This document shows, piece after piece, positions 55,848-64,000 of a DNA stretch of 64,000 bases. Each line of letters begins with the position of its first letter. The stretch's first letter is position 1. The stretch comes from Candidatus Latescibacterota bacterium (lineage in GTDB: Bacteria; Latescibacterota; UBA2968; UBA8231), in contig OZ220089.1 of NCBI GenBank assembly GCA_964291625.2, forward strand, positions 1,568,001 through 1,632,000, given 5' to 3'. Both the position numbers and the translations under genes were made by a program. The notes beneath the pieces were generated by a model that was not told the DNA's origin, searched no databases, and was given only the letters and a program-made list of their open reading frames with translations.

Positions 55848-57098
55848 ATGGGATACCTGCCGAGAATCGCCGATGCCGAACTGGCGGAGCTGCTCGGGGC
55901 TACCGGTGCAACCCTCGTGGAGGGGCCCAAGGCATCCGGGAAGACGGCTACCGCCATGCGGGCGGCCGGGAGCGCGGTGATGCTGGACGTCGACGACAAT
56001 GCCCGGCGGCTGATCGGCGCCGACCCGGAAGCCCTGCTGATCGGGGAGACGCCGCGGCTGATCGACGAGTGGCAGCTCGAGCCCGCCATCTGGAACCACG
56101 TGCGCAGGGCCGTCGACCGGCGCGCTGCCCCCGGGCAGTTCATTCTCACGGGCTCGGCCGTTCCCGCCGACGACATCACGCGCCACACCGGGGCCGGCCG
56201 TTTCGCCCGCCTGCGCATGCGCCCCATGTCTCTCTTCGAGACCGGCCGCTCCACCGGCGAGATCTCCCTGAGCCGCCTCCTGGACGGCTGCGAACAGCGG
56301 GCGCAGCGGTCCGAGCTGCCGATCCTGTCGGTCGCCGAGCTGGTCTGCGCCGGGGGCTGGCCGGCCAACACCGGCCGGACGCTGCCCCAGACCCTGCGCG
56401 CGAACCGCGCCTACCTCGACGAGATACGCCGCACGGACGTATCGGCGGTCAGCGGCGGAACACGGGACCCGGTCAGGGTGGGGCGCCTGCTGCGGTCGCT
56501 GGCGCGCAACATCGCCACCCCGGTCTCCATGTCGAAGCTGACCGCCGAAGCCGGCGATGCCAACGCGCCCCTGAAGGCGGACACGGTCGCAGGCTATCTC
56601 GACGCCCTGCACCGGCTCATGGTGGTGGAGAACCAGCCGGCCTGGTCCCCTCACCTGCGATCGCGCACCACCCTCCGGGAGGCGCCCGTCCGCCACTTCG
56701 TCGATCCCTCGCTGGCGGTGGCGGCGCTGCGAGCCACTCCCGAGCGCCTGACCGCCGACCTGGAGTTCCTCGGCCTCCTCTTCGAGTCGATGGTGATCCG
56801 CGACCTGCGGGTCTACGCCCAGGCCGCCGACGCCCAGGTCTTCCACTACCGGGAGAAGGAGGGGCTGGAGGTGGACGCCATCGTCGAAGCGGCGGACGGG
56901 CGCTGGGCGGCCTTCGAGATCAAGCTCGGGGAGCGCTGGGTGGACGACGGCGCCAGGAACCTCCGCAGGCTGGCCCGCCGGATGGAGCACAGCGACCACG
57001 AGAAGCCGTCCGCCCTCGCGGTCATCGTCCCGAGCGGGTACGGCACCGCGGGAATCGGGGACGTGGGCGTGATCCCCGTCGGGGCCCTGGGGCCATGA
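55848..57098 (+). CDS. AAA_14 ATPase with DUF4143 (wHTH plus PD-(D/E)XK) domain
   Basis: GPKASGKT, LIDEWQ, FILTGS, HTGAGR, LRMRPMSLFE, GGWP, HFVDPSLA, GLLFES, EVDAIVE..AFEIKLG. Confidence 0.92.
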   Translation: MGYLPRIADAELAELLGATGATLVEGPKASGKTATAMRAAGSAVMLDVDDNARRLIGADPEALLIGETPRLIDEWQLEPAIWNHVRRAVDRRAAPGQFILTGSAVPADDITRHTGAGRFARLRMRPMSLFETGRSTGEISLSRLLDGCEQRAQRSELPILSVAELVCAGGWPANTGRTLPQTLRANRAYLDEIRRTDVSAVSGGTRDPVRVGRLLRSLARNIATPVSMSKLTAEAGDANAPLKADTVAGYLDALHRLMVVENQPAWSPHLRSRTTLREAPVRHFVDPSLAVAALRATPERLTADLEFLGLLFESMVIRDLRVYAQAADAQVFHYREKEGLEVDAIVEAADGRWAAFEIKLGERWVDDGARNLRRLARRMEHSDHEKPSALAVIVPSGYGTAGIGDVGVIPVGALGP

Positions 57099-58090
57099 CC
57101 TTTCGCGTACCCTACGAGCGCATGCTCGGCGAGTTCGAGCGCGCCCTGTCGGCCTCCGGGTTCGACCAGGCGGACGCGGCGGCGCTGGCGCGCGTCTTCG
57201 CCGACAACACCTGCGACGGCGTCACCTCCCACGGGATCAACCGCTTCCCCGGCTTCGTGCGCGACGTGCGCGGCGGGCGGCTCCACCCGGCGGCCCGGGC
57301 CGGGCGGGTGGCCGCCCTCGGGGCGCTGGAGCAGTGGGACGGCCACCGGGGCCCCGGCATCCTCAACGCCCTCGCCTGCATGGACCGCGCCGTCGAGCTG
57401 GCCCGGGAGCACGCGGTGGGCGCCGTGGCCCTGCGCAACACCAGCCACTGGATGCGCGCCGGCACCTACGGCCTGCGGGCGGCGGCGGCCGGCTGCATCG
57501 GCATCTGCTGGACGAACACGACGCGCCTGATGCCGCCCCACGGCTCGGCGGAGAAGCTCCTGGGGAACAACCCCCTGGTGATGGCGGTCCCGGCGCCCGG
57601 CGGCGACCCCGTGCTCCTCGACATGGCGATGAGCCAGTTCTCGGGAGGACGGGTGCAGATCCACGAGCGCAGCGGCGAGCCCCTGCCCGTGCCCGGCGGC
57701 TACGACGCCGAGGGCCGGCTCACCACCGACGCCGCCGCCCTGGAGCGCCCCCTCCCCATCGGCCTGTGGAAGGGCAGCGGCCTGGCCCTGTGCCTGGACC
57801 TCGTGGCGGCGCTCGTCTCCGGGGGCCGCACCACGGCGGAGATCTCCCGCGAGCCGAAGGAGGCGGGGGTGTCGCAGATGTTCGTGGCCATCGATCTGGC
57901 GAAGACCGGCGATCCCGACCGCGTGCGGCAGGCCGTGGAGGAGTCGCTGGCCGACCTGGGATCCGCGGGCTCACTGCCCGGGGAGCAGGTCGCCTGGCCG
58001 GGGCAGCGCAGCGCCGGGCGGCGCCGGGAGGCCCTGCGCCTCGGGGTGCCGGTGGAGCGGCGGTTCTGGGAGGAGGTGCTGGAGCTGTAG
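57095..58090 (+). CDS. yiaK: 3-dehydro-L-gulonate 2-dehydrogenase (Ldh_2 family)
   Basis: DGVTSHGINRFP, LRNTSHWMRAGTYG, ICWTNT, GNNPL, DMAMSQFS, PIG.WKGSGL. Confidence 0.88.
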   Translation: MTFRVPYERMLGEFERALSASGFDQADAAALARVFADNTCDGVTSHGINRFPGFVRDVRGGRLHPAARAGRVAALGALEQWDGHRGPGILNALACMDRAVELAREHAVGAVALRNTSHWMRAGTYGLRAAAAGCIGICWTNTTRLMPPHGSAEKLLGNNPLVMAVPAPGGDPVLLDMAMSQFSGGRVQIHERSGEPLPVPGGYDAEGRLTTDAAALERPLPIGLWKGSGLALCLDLVAALVSGGRTTAEISREPKEAGVSQMFVAIDLAKTGDPDRVRQAVEESLADLGSAGSLPGEQVAWPGQRSAGRRREALRLGVPVERRFWEEVLEL

Positions 58091-58121
58091 GTCGTGCCCG
58101 CGCCGCGGCCGCGATGGACGA

Positions 58122-61040
58122 TCAGTACCCGAAGATATCCTCGACTCCGACCTCGACCACCTCTCCGAAACGCCCGAGCTCGTCCAGGTCGATCTTCGAT
58201 CCATCCCCGACGATGGAGATCAACTTCGGCCGCCCCTCGATATGTCCCGCATGGTAGTCGAGCAGGTGGGGGAGTGAAGCGCTCTCGATCTGCTCGAAAC
58301 GCCAGGCCCGTGGATCGACAGGGACCTCCTGGCGTTCCCATTTGCGCACCGCCCCCAGCACATCCCTGAACCCGAGCCGCCGGGTGCGGTACTGCTCGAC
58401 GAGTGCCTTTCTCGCAGCGGCGAAGCGCTCCTCCGATTCGGGAATGTCGTCGATCAGCTCGATGAACGCTCCCACGGCCTCTGGCGCTTTGTCCGCCTGA
58501 GAGCCGATGAAGCCGGAGAACAGATCGTGGGCCTCCTTGCGGTCTCCGTGGAACTGCCAGGCCCAGGCCGAGTACGCCAGGGCCCTCGCTTCGCGCAGCT
58601 CCTGGAAGACGATGCCGGCCATGCCTCCGTAGAAGTACTCGTTGAAGAGATCGATCTGAGGGCGCCTGTCCTCGCCGTAGGTCTCACCCCCCGACTCGAT
58701 GCGGACCAGGGCCTGGGCCATCTCCTTGTCGAAGAACAGGATCTCCGTCTGCGCGGGCCGGCGTATCTCCAGGGCCTCGAACGGCGGCGGGGCCCTCAAC
58801 TCGGCCGCGGGGAGGACGTAGCGCTCCGACAGCGTCTCCACGACCTGATCGATCGGCAGGGATCCTGTATACGATAGATCGTGCTCGTGCGACAACAGGT
58901 TGCCGGCCAGGGCATGCAGCTCCCCCACCGTCAAGCGCTGGAGCTGCTCGTTCGACGGCACCCGCAGGTAGGAGGAGTTCTCGCCGTGACGGTTGAACTG
59001 GAACAGGGCGCGGTGAACCGTGTTGTGATCCTTGACGGCATCCTGCCGCTCCACGAGGATGATCTCGATCAACTCGTCCAGGGTGGAATCCGGCGCCGTC
59101 GGCTGCAGCAGCGCCGACATCATCAGATCGATGGAGGGCGCGAAGTTCTCGTCCAGTCCCGAGATCGAGATCGCCGTGGAGTGATCGCCGGGGGAAAAGG
59201 CGAACTCGGTCCCGAGACGATACCACTCCTTCTTGAGCTCCTCGGAGCTCAGTCCGCCGGCGCCGGACTTGTCGAGCAGCCGCCCCGCCATCGCGAGCCG
59301 GCCCGCGGCCAGCTTGCCCACGTCGACCGAGATCTCGAGCGAAAACAGGTCGTTCAGCGGATTGGCCGCATAGTACAGATCGATCCCGTCGCGCAGTCTC
59401 TTCCTGGTGAAGTCCTTGCCGGGTATCACGAATACCGGCTCGATCTCCTCACTCGGCAGAGCGAGGATCCCGGCGGCGAAGGCGGACTCTCTCGCCGGAT
59501 CGATGGCGATCGCATCGAGCGCCGGTTTGTCGATCGCCGGAAGGGAGGGCTCGCCATCACGGCGATAGCCGGCCACGTAGCCGTCGTCGAAGTACTTCCT
59601 GGCCACCTCGACGATATCCTCCTTGCCCAGGGCCGCCATGCGTTCGAGCTTGCGCCGGGCGTGGTCCCACTCCTGGAACGACAGGAAGGCCTGGTGCATC
59701 AGGGCCACCCGGGAGCTGTTCGACTCGAGCCTCCGGCGGTAGGTCTTCTTCCAATCGGTGACGATGGCCGGAATGATCCAGTCTTCGAAACGGCCCGACT
59801 TGATCAGGTCCAGCTGCTCCACCAGGAGCGCCTCGACCTCCTCCAGCGTCTGTCCCTCCTTGGGCACTCCATACAGGTACTGGGCTCCGTAGTCATTGCG
59901 GTTGTAGTGTGACGTAGTCCACGAGCCGGCGCGGCGCACCCGCTGTTTCTGATTGAGGTTGAGGTTGATCAGCCCGGCGGTGGCGTTGTCCAGGATGTAG
60001 TCGAGGACCTGCAGCGCCTCGGTGTGCTCGTGGGTGCTCGGGGCGGTGCGAAAGGCCAGCAACACGTACTCCTCGCCCGGGTAGACGACCTCGACGCGCT
60101 CGATCTCCTTCAGCTTCTTCTCTCTCCACTTCTTCGGCTTCGGCAGCTCTCGCCGTTCCCACCTGGAGAACTCCCGGTCGATCAGCTCCATGGCGCGCTC
60201 CACGTCGACGTCGCCCGAGATGATCACGGCCATGTTGTTCGGCACGTACCACGTCCGGTAGTAGTCGTACATCAGCTTGAGAGACGGGTTCTTCAGGTGT
60301 TCCACCGAGCCGAGGGTCGTCTGCTGTCCGTAGGGATGCGCCTTGTAGAGGTGCCGGTTCACCGCATCCCGGATGAGCTGGTTCTTGTTGTCGAGGGAGC
60401 GGTTCTTCTCCTCGTACACCGTTTCCAGCTCGGTCTGGAACAGTCTGAAGACCGGCTGCGAGAACCGCTCCGCCTCCAGCTTCGCCCAGTGGGCGAGACG
60501 ATTCGATGGCAGGTCGACTTTGTACACCGTCTCCTCGACCCAGGTGTGGGCGTTGAGGCCCTCGGCGCCGAGGGCGCTGTAGATCCTGTCGAGCTCGCCG
60601 GGGACGGCGTACCGGGATCCGAGCTGCCCTTGTTCGTTGATCAGGGCGTACAGCTCCCGGCGCTTCGTCGAGTCGGACTCTGCGAAGTGCTGCTCGTAGA
60701 GAGCTGTGATGCTGTCGAGATGAACCCCCTCGGCCTCGTAGTCGAGAGTGCCGAGCCGGGTGGTCCCCTTGAACAGCATGTGTTCGAGGTAGTGGGCGAT
60801 CCCCGTCGATACCGCCGGGTCGTGCTTGCTGCCCGCCCTGACGACGATCTCGGCGTAGAACCGTGGTTTCTGGTCGTTCTCGCTGAGATAGACGGTGAGG
60901 CCGTTCTCCAACCGGTACACGTGAACGGCCATGGGATCGGACGGGTCCGGTGCATGGATCAGCGTGGGCTGGGACCAGGAGGTGGTGGCGACGGCGAGGA
61001 CGGCCGCGATCCACCATGCCCTGGCGAAGAAGCGGGTCAT
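58122..61040 (-). CDS. Exported M16 (insulinase-family) zinc peptidase
   Basis: Signal peptide; LENGLTVYL, GIAHYLEHMLFKGT, LNAHT, HPYG..TLG, FQELREARALAYS. Confidence 0.92.
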   Translation of the reverse strand: MTRFFARAWWIAAVLAVATTSWSQPTLIHAPDPSDPMAVHVYRLENGLTVYLSENDQKPRFYAEIVVRAGSKHDPAVSTGIAHYLEHMLFKGTTRLGTLDYEAEGVHLDSITALYEQHFAESDSTKRRELYALINEQGQLGSRYAVPGELDRIYSALGAEGLNAHTWVEETVYKVDLPSNRLAHWAKLEAERFSQPVFRLFQTELETVYEEKNRSLDNKNQLIRDAVNRHLYKAHPYGQQTTLGSVEHLKNPSLKLMYDYYRTWYVPNNMAVIISGDVDVERAMELIDREFSRWERRELPKPKKWREKKLKEIERVEVVYPGEEYVLLAFRTAPSTHEHTEALQVLDYILDNATAGLINLNLNQKQRVRRAGSWTTSHYNRNDYGAQYLYGVPKEGQTLEEVEALLVEQLDLIKSGRFEDWIIPAIVTDWKKTYRRRLESNSSRVALMHQAFLSFQEWDHARRKLERMAALGKEDIVEVARKYFDDGYVAGYRRDGEPSLPAIDKPALDAIAIDPARESAFAAGILALPSEEIEPVFVIPGKDFTRKRLRDGIDLYYAANPLNDLFSLEISVDVGKLAAGRLAMAGRLLDKSGAGGLSSEELKKEWYRLGTEFAFSPGDHSTAISISGLDENFAPSIDLMMSALLQPTAPDSTLDELIEIILVERQDAVKDHNTVHRALFQFNRHGENSSYLRVPSNEQLQRLTVGELHALAGNLLSHEHDLSYTGSLPIDQVVETLSERYVLPAAELRAPPPFEALEIRRPAQTEILFFDKEMAQALVRIESGGETYGEDRRPQIDLFNEYFYGGMAGIVFQELREARALAYSAWAWQFHGDRKEAHDLFSGFIGSQADKAPEAVGAFIELIDDIPESEERFAAARKALVEQYRTRRLGFRDVLGAVRKWERQEVPVDPRAWRFEQIESASLPHLLDYHAGHIEGRPKLISIVGDGSKIDLDELGRFGEVVEVGVEDIFGY

Positions 61041-61170
61041 GGCAATTCCCTCAGGTGACGGGATGCAGGTGGAAGGACAGGAGTATACAGGGGACACACG
61101 AACCCTGGCCAACTCGATGCATGACCTTCGACTCCGGACCACTGGGAGGTCCCCCGCTGACGCGCCAGGT

Positions 61171-62262
61171 TCAGCTATCCAGCTCCGCCGCCGCCCGGGC
61201 CCGCGCCGCGGCGAGGAACTCCTGCACCTCGACGGGGCCGCCCGTCCGGCAGCTCTCGATGGCGGCGAAGACCATGGCCACCGATTGCAGGTTGGCCTCC
61301 ACGTGGGTCTCCATCGGCTCTCCCCCGTCGAGCCACCGGACGAACTGCTCCACCAGCCAGGCGTCGCTCCACTTGCGCTGCTCCAGCAAGGGGACGGCTG
61401 CTCCCTCACCATGTCGGACGCCGACCGATCGAGCCTCGCTGTCGTGGTCGAACCGCTCGATCCCACCGTGGTCCATGATCAGGGTGGCCAGCTCGCACTC
61501 GGCGCGCAGGTACTCCCGGCTCCAGCCGTTGAGGCCCACGGCGTTGGTCTTCGCTCCCTCGTAGAGGGCGCGGACGCCGTTCTCCAACTGCATCGTCACC
61601 AGGGCCTGCGAGTCTCCCCGGTATGCGCTCCACGGGGGATTCCACGTCTGGGCGTAGATCGTGCGGCAGTCGGCCCCGCCCATGTCGGCGAGGATGTCGA
61701 GGTGGTGGACCGAGCCCTCGATCAGGAGGGGATCCTCCATCTCGTAGCGGAAGCCGCCCCAGTCGCCGTGCTCGCGCGTGTCGCAGGTGAAGCGCATGAC
61801 CAGGTAGTCGACGGCGCCGCAGCCTCCCGACCTGAGGGTTTCCCACAGGGTCCTCTTGCTCTGGGCGAAGCGGTGGCTCATGGTGACCCCCATCTTCCGC
61901 CCCGTCCGCCGCACCTTCTCGGCGATGCGGCACGACGCCTCGAGTGTGTCCGCGATCGGCTTTTCCGAGAGGACGTGCATGTCGTGGGCCAGGGCCGCGT
62001 CGACGACCTCCTCGTGAAAGGCCGGCGGTACGACGACAGTGCAGAAGTCGGCGTCGTTCTCGGCGAAGGCCTGCTGAAGGTCGGTGTAACACTTTTCGGG
62101 AGGCAGGCCGAGAAAATCCCGGGCGTTGGCCAGCGCCTCGGGGTTGGTGTCCACGGCGGCGGCCACCTCGATCAGGCCGTCCTCGATGTTGGGAGGCAGG
62201 ATGCCCTGGCACCAGGAGCGGCCGCGCCCGCCGGTGCCGACCTGGATCACTCTGTAGGTCAT
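61171..62262 (-). CDS. Gfo/Idh/MocA oxidoreductase
   Basis: IQVGTGGRG, VLSEKPIA, IEGSVHHLD. Confidence 0.9.
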   Translation of the reverse strand: MTYRVIQVGTGGRGRSWCQGILPPNIEDGLIEVAAAVDTNPEALANARDFLGLPPEKCYTDLQQAFAENDADFCTVVVPPAFHEEVVDAALAHDMHVLSEKPIADTLEASCRIAEKVRRTGRKMGVTMSHRFAQSKRTLWETLRSGGCGAVDYLVMRFTCDTREHGDWGGFRYEMEDPLLIEGSVHHLDILADMGGADCRTIYAQTWNPPWSAYRGDSQALVTMQLENGVRALYEGAKTNAVGLNGWSREYLRAECELATLIMDHGGIERFDHDSEARSVGVRHGEGAAVPLLEQRKWSDAWLVEQFVRWLDGGEPMETHVEANLQSVAMVFAAIESCRTGGPVEVQEFLAAARARAAAELDS

Positions 62263-62275
62263 GCCCCTGGAGCCG

Positions 62276-63169
62276 TCACATCTGCGGGGCCCAGTCGCCG
62301 CCGGCCCGGTCGAACTGCTCGCAGAGGGAGGTGACGACCTCCTCGGGCAGATCGCCCCGGGCGATGATCTCCATGTTCTTCTCGGCGTTCTGGATGCGGG
62401 ACGTGCCGGCGATGGCGGTGTCGACCGCCTCGTGGGAGAGACAGAACCGGAGCGCGATCTCGACGCCGTCGGCGGGGGCGCCTTCGGGGACCTCCATGCT
62501 CTTGGCCCGCTCCCAGTAGACGTCGGCGTAGCTGTAGCGCGATGCCTCCGTCTTGAAGGCGGCGTTGGCCAGGGGGCGCTTGGCGATGACCCCCATGCCG
62601 GCCGCCCGCGCCGCCGGCAGGACCTGCAGGCGGGCGTCCTGGTCGACGACGTTGTACGAGGTCTGCAGGGTGCTGAAGACGCCCATGCCGATCGCCTTCA
62701 TGGCGGCCTCGCCGTCGCCGCTGTAGCCGACGTAGCGCACCTTCCCCGCCTCCTTCGCACGCAGGACCGCCTCCACCGCCTCGCCCTCGGCGAGCACCGC
62801 CGCCGAGCAGCTGTGCAGCTGCAGCAGGTCGAGGCGGTCCGTCCGCAGGCGCTCGAGGGAGCGGTCGACGCTGTGGGCGATGACCTCGGCCGACCACTCC
62901 TGGCCGGAAGCGCCGCCGGTCACGTGCCCGCACTTGGAGGCGAGGACGTACTCCTCCCGCCGGGAGCCGATCGCCCGGCCGATCTGCTCCTCGCTGTCGT
63001 GGTAACAGGCGGCCGTGTCGTAGAAGGTCACGCCCATGTCGAGGAGGCCGTTGAGCAGCCGGTCGGACTGGTCCGGGGTCACGTCCTCGTAGCCGATGCG
63101 GGCGCCGCCGAAGCCGAGGCGGGTGACGGTGAGGTCGGTCTGGCCGAGGGTGCGGGTATCCATGGTCAT
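62276..63169 (-). CDS. Aldo/keto reductase
   Basis: LGFGG, YDTAACY, ASKCG, SLERLRTDRLDLLQLH. Confidence 0.92.
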   Translation of the reverse strand: MTMDTRTLGQTDLTVTRLGFGGARIGYEDVTPDQSDRLLNGLLDMGVTFYDTAACYHDSEEQIGRAIGSRREEYVLASKCGHVTGGASGQEWSAEVIAHSVDRSLERLRTDRLDLLQLHSCSAAVLAEGEAVEAVLRAKEAGKVRYVGYSGDGEAAMKAIGMGVFSTLQTSYNVVDQDARLQVLPAARAAGMGVIAKRPLANAAFKTEASRYSYADVYWERAKSMEVPEGAPADGVEIALRFCLSHEAVDTAIAGTSRIQNAEKNMEIIARGDLPEEVVTSLCEQFDRAGGDWAPQM

Positions 63170-64000
63170 TCTCCAGTCACTGTGAGGATCCAGTCGCGCA
63201 CCCGGTCGAGGACCTCGGGCGAGAGGGTCTCCTCGATGGCGGAGTACTCGTCGATCCGCCCCGTGGAGGCGCGCTGGAAGAGGTGGTTGTGCCCGGGCAG
63301 GCTGCGAACCGTGACCCTGCGGTTGCCGCCCGCCTCGAGGGCCGCGGCGATGGCGGTCAGGTTCTGCCGGCCGTCGACCTGCAGGTCCAGCTCGCCGTTG
63401 AGGGCGAGCACCGGCGCCCGGACGGCACTCAGGGCCGGACGCGGATCGAAGGCGAGGAACCAGCGCATCCACGGATCGAGGGCCTGGTCCACGGCGGCCT
63501 GCACCTGGCTCTCGTCCTGCTGAGCGGCGGGCACGCCGTTCATCTCGAACTGCCGGCGGACGATCTCCTCCACTTCGGGACGCAGATCCGCCTCGTCCCG
63601 GTCCGAGGCGAGGGCCGGGAACAGCCGGTCCAGGAGAGCGAGCAGCGCCTGGCGGTGGACCACCGGCATGCCGGCGGCTTCGAAGAGGCGCTCGTTCTGC
63701 CGGCGCAGCAGCTCGGCGCCCGGCACCCCGGGGCCGGCCAGAAGCACGACGAAGGCGACGTCCTCCCGCTGCGAGGCGACGATGGCGGCGATCGCGCCGC
63801 CCTCGCTGTGCCCCATCAGACCGACGGGGCCGATGCGCTCGTCGCGCCCGAGGAAGTCCACGGCCGCGGCGGCGTCACCGGCGAAGTCGGCGGTGGTGGG
63901 CGACTGCGGATGGGGCGTCGAACCGCCGACGCCGGCGTCGTCGACGCGCAGAACGGCCAGGCCGGCGCGGGTCAGATGGTCGGCCCAGACGAGGAACGGT
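63166..64000 (-). CDS. Alpha/beta hydrolase, 5' end outside window
   Basis: GHSEGG nucleophile elbow, NGELDLQV, HNHLFQ; frame runs to the window end. Confidence 0.88.
   Translation of the reverse strand, partial: PFLVWADHLTRAGLAVLRVDDAGVGGSTPHPQSPTTADFAGDAAAAVDFLGRDERIGPVGLMGHSEGGAIAAIVASQREDVAFVVLLAGPGVPGAELLRRQNERLFEAAGMPVVHRQALLALLDRLFPALASDRDEADLRPEVEEIVRRQFEMNGVPAAQQDESQVQAAVDQALDPWMRWFLAFDPRPALSAVRAPVLALNGELDLQVDGRQNLTAIAAALEAGGNRRVTVRSLPGHNHLFQRASTGRIDEYSAIEETLSPEVLDRVRDWILTVTGE

Overview
High-GC bacterial chromosome segment. The gene content (sulfatase, PhyH dioxygenase, many Gfo/Idh/MocA and amidohydrolase genes, YWTD and leishmanolysin-like exported proteins) resembles sponge-associated Ca. 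Latescibacterota/Poribacteria-type genomes, but this is inference only. Bases 1-22.7 kb are an accessory/defence-rich island with lower-GC patches: exported proteins, an AbiEi antitoxin whose AbiEii-WYL toxin is broken by an IS21 remnant and a frameshifted PD-(D/E)XK-like gene, an orphan HigA, a double-AAA ATPase, an Ssp-type phosphorothioation cluster (sspA-sspB-sspD) lacking sspC/sspE and followed by a hypothetical gene and an HNH nuclease, and a toxin-like/degenerate ImmA-IrrE pair. Bases 22.7-50 kb are mostly metabolic or housekeeping: sulfatase, ferritin, Re-citrate synthase-like enzyme, ACP, nagB, DUF4954, two sensorless sigma54 activators, parA, mazG, CDGSH protein and an 11-subunit complex I operon without nuoEFG. 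Bases 50-57 kb hold a second accessory block: APH(6)-like kinase, MNT-HEPN fusion, Hen1-Pnkp RNA repair, and five 23-bp tandem repeats abutting the promoter of an AAA_14/DUF4143 ATPase. The window ends with yiaK, an M16 peptidase and oxidoreductases. No rRNA, tRNA or CRISPR array was recognised. Family calls come from recalled motifs, not database searches.
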